Assembly (NCBI GenBank): GCA_016187385.1
Contig: JACPJU010000001.1
Coordinates: forward strand, 8,348 to 72,347
Length of the DNA stretch: 64,000 bases
Direction of reading: 5' to 3'
Source: Candidatus Aenigmatarchaeota archaeon
GTDB lineage: Archaea; Aenigmatarchaeota; Aenigmatarchaeia; CG10238-14; SCSR01
The translations under genes were made by a program, and so were the position numbers. Positions within the stretch are counted from its first letter, which is position 1. Each line of letters begins with the position of its first letter. Under the pieces are notes generated by a model that saw only the letters and a list, made by a program, of their open reading frames with translations, made no database searches and was not told the DNA's origin. This document shows positions 1-9,347 of the stretch, piece by piece.

Positions 1-100
1 AGATACCAAAGAAGGAATAAAATGGAAATTTGTTGAATAAACCAATTTAAACCCTTCCCCTCAATATATTTTCGAGGAGTGAATCTTCTCAAGGCATACC

Positions 101-1393
101 ATGGCCGTTGATTTCAAGCGCATCTGGAGTTACTATTCCCGCGAATCTGTTCAAAAGGCTCTTGTGGAAGCAGGCAAGGACAGGGAAGTGGTTTCTGTTT
201 TTCAGGACGGAAGCTTCGGTAAGCGGCCAGACATCATACAATACCCGACAGACGTAGTTCAGGCTGTTTCTGACGGTACGGTCGCTTTCCACGGCTCTGT
301 GGAGAGATGGAACAATCCGATGAACTTGAGCGTCGGCATGTACAAGCCTGACATGGACAACCTAAGAAAAGGCTGGGACATTATTTTTGATCCTGATGTC
401 AAGGACTTTGAAATCGCTAAACTGGTCGCGAAACAGATAATACAAATACTAGAAAAGCACAATGTCAAAAATTACTCTGTTAAATTCACGGGTGGCAAAG
501 GGTTTCACATAGGCGTTTGTTTCGAATCCCTGCCGGAAAGGATAAATCTTCAGCCGGTAAATACATTATACCCTTCGCTGTTCCAGAATGTGGTAGAGTA
601 TGTCAAGTGGTATTCTAGAGATGAGTTAAAGGAAAAATTGTTGGCTCTGGATGATCCCGAGAACTTGGCCAAAAGAGTCGGCAAATCGCTTAACGAGATA
701 ATAACAGAGAATGAACTTGACCCGTTCAAGATAATCTCGATGGATGTGTTCGGCTCGCGGCATCTTTTTAGGCTTCCTTATTCTCTACACGAGTCGACTT
801 TGCTTGTCAGCATGCCTGTAAAAGTTGAGAAGATAGAAAAATTCAAAAAGGAAGATGCGTCGACTGAAAAGGTCAAGATTGATGAAAAGTTTCTTGTGCC
901 TTTGGTAAAGAATGACGGCGAAAGTTTGATAGTCGAGGCGTCGGACTGGGCAAGCAAGTATAAGATTGAAGTCAAGACTGAATTCCAGCAAAGGAAATTT
1001 GTAAAAATCAGTGAAGTTCCTGAAACGTTTTTCCCGCCATGCATCAGGCAGTTATTGCAAGTTGGACTGGCTGACGGCAAGAAAAGAGCTTTGTTCATTC
1101 TTATCACATTCATGAGAAACATGGGATGGTCTGACGAAAAGATACAGGACAAGGTAGTCGAATGGAACGAAAAGAATATACCACCGTTGAGGTCTAACTA
1201 TCTACGTTCGCAATTGAGATGGCATTTCAGGCAGGACAGAAATCTGCTGCCGCCGAACTGCGTTAATGATGTGTTCTACAAGCAACTCGGACTCTATGAC
1301 ATGTGCTGCAAGGAGATAGATCATGCGAACATCAAGAACCCTGTTAATGTGCCATTAAGGAGATTGAAAGAAAGGAAACAAGTGGTTAAATAA
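101..1393 (+). CDS. Fused DNA primase (PriS catalytic domain + PriL C-terminal Fe-S domain), DPANN type
   Basis: PriS motifs WDIIFDPD, KFTGGKGFHI and RHLFRLPYSLH, followed by PriL-CTD motifs FFPPCI, DGKKRALFIL and LPPNC in one 430-aa ORF. Confidence 0.9.
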   Translation: MAVDFKRIWSYYSRESVQKALVEAGKDREVVSVFQDGSFGKRPDIIQYPTDVVQAVSDGTVAFHGSVERWNNPMNLSVGMYKPDMDNLRKGWDIIFDPDVKDFEIAKLVAKQIIQILEKHNVKNYSVKFTGGKGFHIGVCFESLPERINLQPVNTLYPSLFQNVVEYVKWYSRDELKEKLLALDDPENLAKRVGKSLNEIITENELDPFKIISMDVFGSRHLFRLPYSLHESTLLVSMPVKVEKIEKFKKEDASTEKVKIDEKFLVPLVKNDGESLIVEASDWASKYKIEVKTEFQQRKFVKISEVPETFFPPCIRQLLQVGLADGKKRALFILITFMRNMGWSDEKIQDKVVEWNEKNIPPLRSNYLRSQLRWHFRQDRNLLPPNCVNDVFYKQLGLYDMCCKEIDHANIKNPVNVPLRRLKERKQVVK

Positions 1394-1425
1394 CGTTTGG
1401 GTTTTGGGCTTAGGATTTTTGTTCG

Positions 1426-1523
1426 TGTCCCATATGGGATATTGTAGTACGTACTACATGTGTGGATTGCGGTATAAGACGCCTCATATCTCTGCGATCT
1501 TGTCTTATGTCACACGTGTGACA
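1426..1523. repeat. Cluster A of 16-bp palindromes
   Basis: TGTCCCATATGGGATA (1426-1441, 1 mismatch), TGTAGTACGTACTACA (1443-1458, perfect), TGTCACACGTGTGACA (1508-1523, perfect). Confidence 0.9.
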
Positions 1524-1618
1524 TTATCAAATCGACAAGAATATCCTATATGCATCAATTACTTTAATGCAAACCCGACCTGTAAATCTTTATAAATTTA
1601 TTTTATTGATTGTAATCC

Positions 1619-2155
1619 ATGGAAGGGGAGATACTTGACTTTATTGCACAAAATAGATTGATAGTTGCTAGTCTGGGCTTGCTAGCTTTGGGGGGTGCAT
1701 TATATTTACGAAAAATGAATCGTTCTCAAAGAATCACCGTATCCAATAATCTGTCACAAGCTTCGACTGTAGAAAAAGTTGATGAAGTAAGAGTTGATGA
1801 TGAGGAAGAATTGCAAGTAAGAGACATTTCCCAGTTATTAGCACAAAAACTGGATGACAATAGTTATGAGCTGGTTGCTAAAGTCGACAAGGTTTACAAC
1901 AGTCCAAGAGGTTATATAGGCCTATTGTCAGATCATGAGGCAAAAATACCTTTCATTTATGAAAAACATGAAGGTGATGACGATAGTTATTATGCTATCG
2001 CCGGACTTTTATTGCACGAATCATTGGATAGCCGGTCTGATTTAGAATTAAACGGCACTGTCAAATCTCCTTATACTGATGATACATCGCGAACTTTCCG
2101 TATAGAATATATGAAAGGGAAAATCGCTGGCATGGATTACGAAGTCTCACTCTAA
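1619..2155 (+). CDS. Hypothetical protein with N-terminal membrane anchor
   Basis: 178-aa ORF, hydrophobic LIVASLGLLALGGALYL, TATA-like TTTATAAA about 25 nt upstream. Confidence 0.7.
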   Translation: MEGEILDFIAQNRLIVASLGLLALGGALYLRKMNRSQRITVSNNLSQASTVEKVDEVRVDDEEELQVRDISQLLAQKLDDNSYELVAKVDKVYNSPRGYIGLLSDHEAKIPFIYEKHEGDDDSYYAIAGLLLHESLDSRSDLELNGTVKSPYTDDTSRTFRIEYMKGKIAGMDYEVSL

Positions 2156-2219
2156 TTGATGCTTACCGAGGCTGATAAAATCTATTTAACTTTTCTAATT
2201 TTCTATATAAAATGAAAAC

Positions 2220-2741
2220 ATGCCAGAAGAAACAATCACTTTCGAGCTTATCCGAAAGGTGCATCTGGAAGAACAGAAATCGCCTACATTGACCAGAATA
2301 CCGACGAATTTCTTCCATGCGACCTCGAATTACATCAACCAGAAGAAACAGTTGGACATCGACGACAGGAAGGCATCCCTTGAATTAAGAAGCGTCGAAA
2401 GACTGATAGAAGACATATTCAACAGGAGGGAAAGGAAGATTCTGAACGCCGCCATAATTTCTGCTAGAACAGGATTGCCTCCGGAAAATCTTTCGGAAGA
2501 GGAAAGACCGTTCTACAATTCAATTGTAGCCATGGTAAAGAACAGGAGACATGAACTTCTGTCTGTTATGATGCCTGACAAGAGAAAAGAATCCATGGCA
2601 ATCTTCAAGGAGGACACTCCGGAATTTGTCGGAAGCGACGAGCAGACTTATGGACCTTTCAAGATAGGGGATACGTCCAAGCTTCCTGAGGACGACATGA
2701 GAATCCTTCTCGAAAGGGGCGTGGTAGAAGAGCTTAAATAA
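2220..2741 (+). CDS. GINS complex subunit (GINS15-type)
   Basis: IEDIFNRRERKIL, NLSEEERPFY and B-domain PEFVGSDEQTYGPFKIGD. Confidence 0.85.
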   Translation: MPEETITFELIRKVHLEEQKSPTLTRIPTNFFHATSNYINQKKQLDIDDRKASLELRSVERLIEDIFNRRERKILNAAIISARTGLPPENLSEEERPFYNSIVAMVKNRRHELLSVMMPDKRKESMAIFKEDTPEFVGSDEQTYGPFKIGDTSKLPEDDMRILLERGVVEELK

Positions 2742-2772
2742 CTTTTAAAATAAATCTTTACAATTGATTTAA

Positions 2773-3054
2773 ATGAAATTCCCCCAGACTCTTAGGACAT
2801 ACTGCATATACTGCAAAAAACATACAATGCATACAGTAGAAATATCCAAGAAAAGGACCAGAGGGTCAATGACACAAGGTCAAAGGAGATATCAACGTAA
2901 ATTAAAGGGGTATGGAAGCTTTCCACGCCCGAAACCAGATCATGAAAAGGTCACGAAAAAAGTTGACTTGAGATACAAATGCAGCGAATGCGGCAAGAAG
3001 CATATGAGAGGTCAAGGATGGAGAGCGAAGAAATTCGAGTTGGTGAAAGGGTGA
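2773..3054 (+). CDS. rpl44e: 50S ribosomal protein L44e
   Basis: [10 protein letters not shown]...[17 protein letters not shown]. Confidence 0.95.
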   Translation: MKFPQTLRTYCIYCKKHTMHTVEISKKRTRGSMTQGQRRYQRKLKGYGSFPRPKPDHEKVTKKVDLRYKCSECGKKHMRGQGWRAKKFELVKG

Positions 3055-3065
3055 AAGAATTGATC

Positions 3066-3236
3066 ATGCCAAGAAGCAAGTTTGTCAAGGTTACATGCAG
3101 GAAATGCAGAAACGAGCAGGTAATATTCAACAAGGTTTCTACTGTTGTGAAATGCTTGAAATGTCAGAATGAGCTGGCGACTCCTACTGGCGGGGACGCT
3201 GAAATTAAGGGAAAAGTTACGAAATCTTTGATGTAA
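3066..3236 (+). CDS. rps27e: 30S ribosomal protein S27e (alternative GTG start at 3051)
   Basis: MPRSKFVKVTCRKCRNEQVIF...KCLKC...PTGG; conserved L44e-S27e order. Confidence 0.93.
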   Translation: MPRSKFVKVTCRKCRNEQVIFNKVSTVVKCLKCQNELATPTGGDAEIKGKVTKSLM

Positions 3237-3288
3237 AATTTATATACTAGCTGCAAAAAAAAGTTTTTGCTGTTTATCCAAAATATAT

Positions 3289-3322
3289 TATCATCTATGC
3301 GACAAATGTAGTACGTACTCAA
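3289..3322. repeat. Cluster B of degenerate 16-bp palindromes
   Basis: TATCATCTATGCGACA (3289-3304) and TGTAGTACGTACTCAA (3307-3322), matching units in clusters C and A. Confidence 0.7.
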
Positions 3323-3401
3323 AGTCGCGAATTAAGTATGAACAAATAGGAAGGTAAGCGTACGAAGAAGGACTTAAATACCTTACTATCAAGTAATAAA
3401 T

Positions 3402-3833
3402 ATGAAATTTCCAAAAACTTCTGGTTTCAAAAGAAGACAAGAATTAGTCAGACAAATTATCGAAGCTTATAAACAAAAAGCAATAAAATTGGCTTATCAG
3501 CTTGGTGATTTAAGAGACATCAGGAGTGATTATAGAGAATCAGTAGCAAATTATAGACCAACTGAAATTTTAAGTAATCCGCCATTGCAAGACGTGTTTG
3601 GGCATTATGATCAAAAAACTCAACAGCGTATAGGCACCGGACTTATACAAGCTATCTTATTCGCCCCAGACGAGGCTATGGCAGAAGCTGAATGGTACGA
3701 AAAACTTGTTGATTCTCCTCGATTATATTTTGTAACTGGATCTGATTTACAAGAAGTTCTTGAAAGATTACCCCTTACAAAAAAACCAAAATCTTTTACA
3801 TATTTGAGAAACCAGCGTCCGCCGACCGTATAA
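3402..3833 (+). CDS. Hypothetical protein
   Basis: 143-aa AT-rich ORF with upstream TTAAATA box. Confidence 0.6.
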   Translation: MKFPKTSGFKRRQELVRQIIEAYKQKAIKLAYQLGDLRDIRSDYRESVANYRPTEILSNPPLQDVFGHYDQKTQQRIGTGLIQAILFAPDEAMAEAEWYEKLVDSPRLYFVTGSDLQEVLERLPLTKKPKSFTYLRNQRPPTV

Positions 3834-3910
3834 ATTAACATCTAAATCGAAACAAATTCTACCATGTCTAAAACCTTATCTTTTTAAAACGCGAAATATT
3901 AGTAGATATA

Positions 3911-4465
3911 ATGTTCTGGAGCAAGAAGAAGTGCAGGAACTGCGATAATGAAGTCAAATCCGACTGGATGTACTGCTCTAACTGCGGGATAGACTTGACA
4001 GAAAAGAAGCATATCCATAGCGAGATTGACAAGGATTTCCGAAGGATCGACAAATTGTTCGACGGCAGGGAGCCAAAGTTCATTTTAAAGCCATCGCTAA
4101 AGTCCAAAGGCATCAGCATAACAATAACTTCTGATAATATGACTCCGCCAAAGATTGAGGTTATGTCATCTGGCGAGTTTAAAAGAAAGTCACAGATTGA
4201 GGAGCCAAAGCCTGTAAGAATACCAAAGGTTACAGAAGAGCCTCACACGAAGATTGAGAGAAAGCATGACAAGCAGATCATTACTGTTGATATGCCTGAT
4301 GTGAAGAGCCTTGATGATATAGAACTCAAACAGCTTCACCAGAGCATTGAGATAAAGGCATTCGCAGGGGACAAGGCATACTTTAAGCTGATTCCTATAC
4401 CAATGAACGCAACCGTCAACAATGAATTCAAGGACGGCGTGCTAAAGATTGAAGTTGTGAAATGA
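3911..4465 (+). CDS. Zinc-ribbon + Hsp20/alpha-crystallin-like domain protein
   Basis: CRNC...CSNCG at the N-terminus; C-terminal ITVDMPDV...EFKDGVLKIEV. Confidence 0.75.
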   Translation: MFWSKKKCRNCDNEVKSDWMYCSNCGIDLTEKKHIHSEIDKDFRRIDKLFDGREPKFILKPSLKSKGISITITSDNMTPPKIEVMSSGEFKRKSQIEEPKPVRIPKVTEEPHTKIERKHDKQIITVDMPDVKSLDDIELKQLHQSIEIKAFAGDKAYFKLIPIPMNATVNNEFKDGVLKIEVVK

Positions 4466-4509
4466 TTATCTCATCTGACTGATATGTCTTTTTGGTTATC
4501 GAAAAGGTT

Positions 4510-4647
4510 TGTCGCATATGCGACATGTACAACCTCCCATGTAAAACGTTTTACATATTTGGAAAATTGTCTGACGCCATGCATTGTCCCATATGGGACA
4601 TTATTCTTCGCGATACAATCACAACATTAATTGTCACACGTGTGACA
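4510..4647. repeat. Cluster C of 16-bp palindromes
   Basis: Perfect: TGTCGCATATGCGACA (4510-4525), TGTAAAACGTTTTACA (4540-4555), TGTCCCATATGGGACA (4585-4600), TGTCACACGTGTGACA (4632-4647); degenerate: TGTCTGACGCCATGCA (4568-4583). Confidence 0.92.
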
Positions 4648-4661
4648 CACAAAGAACGCCA

Positions 4662-5357
4662 TCAAAAAATCAACTTTATAAAAACCGCGAAAATTAAAAT
4701 TGTCCCCAAATCTGCTATTGATGTCATAACCGGCAAAACAAGGTTGTTGGGATCCTCCTTCCGTGAATAGACATAGTATACAGCAAAAGCCGCGATTACA
4801 ATGATCAGGCTGACCATCGACAACGTTGTGAACAATGAAATCTGCAGCACTTTTAAAACGGAAGCCAAAGTCAATGAGAATCCATTCAGATAAGCTATCA
4901 AGGAAGAAATCGCGCTTATGTAAAATGCGGAAAAAATAGCCACAAGTGCTATTGTTCTTATCAGTTTTCTGATGTCTTCATCCATCCACCAATCGCGCTT
5001 CGTGCCTTTCGTGAAAACCAGTGTAGACAGTCTAGAAACCATAATCATGCTGTAATCCCCAATCATGTCATTCAATGCGGGCAACAGAATAATCAACGGT
5101 AGAAAAGCTATGAACGATGATTGAATTTTCTGCAGGCTTATCCCGCTTATGGTGCTGAAAAGAAACGCCAGTATCAATGCCAAGAGACTCTCTCTAAGTA
5201 TGACAGACACTATGTTTGACTTGGGTCCGTATTCTTTCATGTAGAAAATGGTTCTGTGCGAAATTTTGTGTTTGCGGTGAATCTTATGAATGAGAGGGTT
5301 ATGCTCATGTCTTTTCAATCTTGCCAATTGTTTTCTGAGTTTTGATGATAATTTCAT
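4662..5357 (-). CDS. MgtE-family divalent cation transporter, membrane domain
   Basis: LLPALNDMIGD and EDPNNLVLPVMTSIADL. Confidence 0.8.
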   Translation of the reverse strand: MKLSSKLRKQLARLKRHEHNPLIHKIHRKHKISHRTIFYMKEYGPKSNIVSVILRESLLALILAFLFSTISGISLQKIQSSFIAFLPLIILLPALNDMIGDYSMIMVSRLSTLVFTKGTKRDWWMDEDIRKLIRTIALVAIFSAFYISAISSLIAYLNGFSLTLASVLKVLQISLFTTLSMVSLIIVIAAFAVYYVYSRKEDPNNLVLPVMTSIADLGTILIFAVFIKLIF

Positions 5358-5896
5358 ATAACCGCCACAGCCGCCAAAAGTGAAAGAATCGTCACAATAT
5401 CACCGGATGTTGTAACATAAGGACCCATTATGTTGTTGGGATCAAAACCTCGCTTGAACAACCAAAATGTCAGAAAAACTGTCATAGGAATTTCTATGAT
5501 GTTTGACAGGACAGCAGCGAATATGGAAATCAATATTATCTTTGGGTAGTCAACGCCAGAAAAAACATAGTTCGCCAAATAGGCAACCGACCCTAGAAGA
5601 AGACTGGTTATTAACGTCAGCAGAATAGCTACTTTGATGTTTTCTACTGTAATCCTGTTTATTGGTTTTCTGGATTTTATCACGCCCAAATGCAACCCTG
5701 CGCTTAACCTCGCCGCCAGACTCCCGCTCACATTGCCCCTCATATCCAAAAGACCCGGAAGCAATATGAAAAATCCTGGTATCAGATAAATCTTGTCAAG
5801 AGCTACCGCAAGAAAATATCCGGCTATCAAGCCGCCTGTGATCGAAATTAATTGGGTGGAGAAAATTTCTTTGAAGTCCTTTGCGAAAATCTGCAT
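5354..5896 (-). CDS. MgtE-family divalent cation transporter, membrane domain
   Basis: LPGLLDMRGNVSGSLAARL and FDPNNIMGPYVTTSGD. Confidence 0.88.
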   Translation of the reverse strand: MQIFAKDFKEIFSTQLISITGGLIAGYFLAVALDKIYLIPGFFILLPGLLDMRGNVSGSLAARLSAGLHLGVIKSRKPINRITVENIKVAILLTLITSLLLGSVAYLANYVFSGVDYPKIILISIFAAVLSNIIEIPMTVFLTFWLFKRGFDPNNIMGPYVTTSGDIVTILSLLAAVAVI

Positions 5897-5911
5897 AATA
5901 TTTATTGCGTT

Positions 5912-6937
5912 TTATCTGTTAAAATCAATTCCGTCTACAGACACCATTGTACCTTCCATACCAAACTTAACGCCTAGAATCTTTTCTGTCACAGCAATAT
6001 TTGTTCTGCAGTGTTCTGTAATTTCTTCGACTTTAATTTCTGATTTTCCTTTTGCCAATGCGATAAATGGAATTATTTGATCAGCCATCCATTTGTCCAA
6101 AGCCGCATTGGATTCCATGGATTTAATCAATTCGAATGAAGCTTCTTCACCAACTTTCTGGGCGGGCTTGCCTATTTCTCCAATATTATCAGAACCTATG
6201 ACAGAATTTCCACAATCAGCCCACAGTGTTATTGAAGTTCCAGGCGAGGCTGTATCGACAACTCTCTTTTCTATCTGTGCATCTGGAAAGCTGTTTTCAA
6301 CTAATGCCTTCTTTGCGCCATTCGCCTGTCGTTTGGCTATGTCTTCCGGCAGCGACCCGACAACCGAGATTCCTTTTATGTGATTGATTTTTCCTCTTTC
6401 TGTCAGCTTGACCGGATTCAATTTTTTCACAGGTTTGAAAATTATTTTTACTTCTCCTTGACCTTTCGAATAAAATCCTTCCCTTATAACTTCCATGCGA
6501 GGCAATGGTAAACCCAATCTGTTCAATATCGGGAATGTTACATGTTCGAGATAATGAATGTTCGGAGCACCCAATCCAGCAGTGCCACCTGTGATGTCTA
6601 AAGTTATTTCATTGTCTGCAAAAATCAGCAATGGTGATAGCGTCTGAAGCAACAGCCCGATAGAACCGGCTGTTCCTATATCTATCTTTCTGCTTCTGAT
6701 GTTGTGTGATTTTGGTATGAATTCTATTTCTGTAGAATGCAACTCCAGTCCTCTGACTTGAGCATTTGTAAACTCTCCCGCTATCTTCACTCCTGTAAGA
6801 TGCTGCGCCTGCAATCCTGGTTTGGGTCTGTTCTTTCTTATGTTGATTATTTTTATTGGTTTGAGTGTTAATGCAGACAATGCGATAGAAGTTCTCAATA
6901 CTTGACCGTAACCTATGGAGCCGTCGATTGTTATCAT
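5912..6937 (-). CDS. rtcA: RNA 3'-terminal phosphate cyclase
   Basis: IDGS..GQVLRTSIALS, RPKPGLQAQHL, GTAGSIGLLLQ, ADQII, TEHCRTN. Confidence 0.95.
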   Translation of the reverse strand: MITIDGSIGYGQVLRTSIALSALTLKPIKIINIRKNRPKPGLQAQHLTGVKIAGEFTNAQVRGLELHSTEIEFIPKSHNIRSRKIDIGTAGSIGLLLQTLSPLLIFADNEITLDITGGTAGLGAPNIHYLEHVTFPILNRLGLPLPRMEVIREGFYSKGQGEVKIIFKPVKKLNPVKLTERGKINHIKGISVVGSLPEDIAKRQANGAKKALVENSFPDAQIEKRVVDTASPGTSITLWADCGNSVIGSDNIGEIGKPAQKVGEEASFELIKSMESNAALDKWMADQIIPFIALAKGKSEIKVEEITEHCRTNIAVTEKILGVKFGMEGTMVSVDGIDFNR

Positions 6938-7007
6938 AATAGCCTTTTATTAATTCTACAGAAGATTTCTTTAACCTTTAAATATAAGATCGGTATCTTA
7001 TAAAATT

Positions 7008-7445
7008 ATGGAGCCTGTTCTTGTCTTTCTCATAGTTTATGTTGGAATGATTGCCAATGCCTTTTGGGAGTCTTATGTCGAAGGTAGGGATGCCTGGGAC
7101 AAAGGAAAATTAGGGTGGAAGATAAGAATCGGCAGGTATGTTTTTACAGCTTATCACTTTTATCTTTTCTGGGTTATGTGGCCGATTCTTCTTAGCCTTC
7201 CCCTTGTGCTCTACGGATGGGATACGAGATTATTTGGTGTTCTGATTAGCGCGTATTTCTCTGGACTAGTATTGGAAGATTTCATGTGGTTTGTAGTAAA
7301 TCCTGCTGTCAAGCTGTCAGAGCTCAATTCAAAATTTGCCGATTACTATCCGTGGTTGAAAATATGGAAATTCGAGGTTCCTTTGCTTTACATCAGTGGA
7401 ATATCAATAGCCATACTGTCTTGGTATCTCATATGGAGAGTATAA
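7008..7445 (+). CDS. Hypothetical membrane protein
   Basis: 145 aa, about 4 hydrophobic segments, EDFMWFVVNP motif. Confidence 0.75.
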   Translation: MEPVLVFLIVYVGMIANAFWESYVEGRDAWDKGKLGWKIRIGRYVFTAYHFYLFWVMWPILLSLPLVLYGWDTRLFGVLISAYFSGLVLEDFMWFVVNPAVKLSELNSKFADYYPWLKIWKFEVPLLYISGISIAILSWYLIWRV

Positions 7446-7502
7446 TAGAAGAATTTTAGAGGGCGCCAAAATAAAGAAAGTGTTCCACCGAGCGACGCGA
7501 AT

Positions 7503-7742
7503 TTAAGCAGTTTGAGCTTCAAACCGCTCTCTGAGAGAAGCATCGATTTTTTCTCTTCTAGTCTCATCTAAAAGTTCTATTGTAAGAGTTATACTCGAAT
7601 ATCCACGTAAGCGTTGCCAAAAATTCTTATTTTCAAAATTATAAGCTTCAATTGTACCGGCGTCTTGAAGACCCAACAGATAGTTGCCTACAAATATACC
7701 GTTTCTCCACATCGAAGTAGGTATCTTATATTTAAGTTCCAT
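7503..7742 (-). CDS. Hypothetical protein
   Basis: 79-aa ORF with TTTATAAA upstream on the minus strand. Confidence 0.5.
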   Translation of the reverse strand: MELKYKIPTSMWRNGIFVGNYLLGLQDAGTIEAYNFENKNFWQRLRGYSSITLTIELLDETRREKIDASLRERFEAQTA

Positions 7743-7840
7743 AATTTACTTTTCACCTTTAATCTATTTATAAATCGCATAATAGAGCGAAGTGGAACAC
7801 AAAATAATATCTGTGCCCTTCGAAAATTGAAACTAAAACT

Positions 7841-8479
7841 TCAGCCTATAACCCGTGATAACAAGGCAATGTTCAAGATTCCCAGGAAGCTGAACAGGAA
7901 TGAGAAGAACAGAACTTTCTTCGCATCATAGCGAGCAATAGCCCACAACACGGACACGAAAACTTCTGTGGGCAACGGCAGTGAAACAAGTATGCCGGAA
8001 ATGGCGGGTATCGCCGCTTGCAGGAACTTTGATCTGTATACTCTCTGGTTGAGCCTGTGCTCAAATCTTTCAACATCGAATCCCATCTCGCGGGAAAAGA
8101 TGAACTTTACCTCTTCCAAGACATCCTCTTTGATGAATCTATATATGAGAAAATTGCTTATCATGGCGCCTAATCCCGCTATCAATGCTATTAGAACCGG
8201 ATTGAAGCTCTTGGAAATAACGAATATTGCGACTGCTGATGCAGCTGTCAACGCGCCGTAAGAGAATAAAAATCCAAGTAGGAGAGCACTCAAATATCCA
8301 AATTGAGCTAGGAATTCTGTTACCGCATATATCAGACCTGAATGCGCGAGGAAATATGCAAATACCAGTCCCAAAACAAGAATAATGATATTTTGATGCA
8401 TGAAATGGAACTTTATCAGGCTGCCCATGAAAGTATTGACTTTTCTAACCCGCTGGCTATCCTTGTAGGAATATTTCAT
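7841..8479 (-). CDS. Membrane protein, possibly DedA/VTT-like
   Basis: Multiple TM segments, LIAGLGAMISNFLIYRF, SLPLPTE. Confidence 0.65.
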   Translation of the reverse strand: MKYSYKDSQRVRKVNTFMGSLIKFHFMHQNIIILVLGLVFAYFLAHSGLIYAVTEFLAQFGYLSALLLGFLFSYGALTAASAVAIFVISKSFNPVLIALIAGLGAMISNFLIYRFIKEDVLEEVKFIFSREMGFDVERFEHRLNQRVYRSKFLQAAIPAISGILVSLPLPTEVFVSVLWAIARYDAKKVLFFSFLFSFLGILNIALLSRVIG

Positions 8480-8529
8480 ACCTTATCTATTGGATTAGTA
8501 AAGAGATTAATTTTTAAATAAGATTGCCA

Positions 8530-8808
8530 CTAGCTTTTTTTCTTCCAGACAGCATTGGTTCCTTTGATTTCAAGTCCCATCTGTTCGATTTCCTTTTCTG
8601 TGTAGACTCTTTTGGTGACTTTGAAGTCTTCCGGCGGCTTCAGCACAGCTTCTGTGGGACAGACAGGTACACAGCTCCAGTCGTCCTCGCATTTTTCAAC
8701 AATCAATTCTGCGATATTGTCCTCGTCCATCTCCAAAGCCTTGAAGGGGCATACAGCCACACAGGCACCGCAACCAATGCATTTTTCCTGGACTATTATC
8801 GGCGGCAT
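8530..8808 (-). CDS. 4Fe-4S dicluster ferredoxin
   Basis: CIGCGACVAVCP and CEDDWSCVPVCP. Confidence 0.92.
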   Translation of the reverse strand: MPPIIVQEKCIGCGACVAVCPFKALEMDEDNIAELIVEKCEDDWSCVPVCPTEAVLKPPEDFKVTKRVYTEKEIEQMGLEIKGTNAVWKKKS

Positions 8809-8851
8809 GTTTTATTAATAACTGTGTTATGTTTAAATAATTTCAATTGAT

Positions 8852-9058
8852 ATGAAAGATAGTATGAAGAAAAGATTTGTAATATGCGAAATCAATGAAG
8901 AATATCTGGAGAAGGTCAAGAAGCAGATGAAAAATCAAAAGATGCCTCTGCCTAAGGACGATATGAATATAACAATAGCACACAAACCCCTTGTTAGTAT
9001 ACAATCTGATGACTTGTGTGATTGTAAATTATGTAGAAAAATAAGAGAAAACTTGTAG
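8852..9058 (+). CDS. Hypothetical protein with C-terminal CxCxxC
   Basis: 68 aa; TTTAAATA upstream. Confidence 0.55.
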   Translation: MKDSMKKRFVICEINEEYLEKVKKQMKNQKMPLPKDDMNITIAHKPLVSIQSDDLCDCKLCRKIRENL

Positions 9059-9060
9059 TT

Positions 9061-9339
9061 TCACCAAAACTTTATTGGTTCCCTATATCCATAATTCCTT
9101 AATATTTCTGCGACATCATCTTGTTTGTCATAAGGAACTGAAAGTACTGACACGTCTGTTAATCTTGTTCTATCGTTCGTCAAATGTCCGACATAAAAAC
9201 AGGCTATTGTGCCTCCTCTAACTAAACCTTCTTTACTTCTTAGTCCCTTTTTTTCAAGTACAAATACCCTCCCATAAGGTGTTTCTATCGGATTCACATC
9301 TCCTGAGACTCCCGGTATAGTGAAAATGCCTCTTGCCAT
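9061..9339 (-). CDS. Hypothetical protein
   Basis: 92-aa ORF directly after 9348-9632. Confidence 0.55.
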   Translation of the reverse strand: MARGIFTIPGVSGDVNPIETPYGRVFVLEKKGLRSKEGLVRGGTIACFYVGHLTNDRTRLTDVSVLSVPYDKQDDVAEILRNYGYREPIKFW

Positions 9340-9347
9340 ATAATCAC

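Noticed and set aside
1404-1595. 63-aa ORF (likewise 4492-4770)
   Set aside because: TTG starts, no recognisable features, and they coincide with the palindrome clusters; probably non-coding
1426-4647. Palindrome clusters as a CRISPR array
   Set aside because: Units are only 16 bp, differ in sequence and are irregularly spaced, and there are no cas genes in the window
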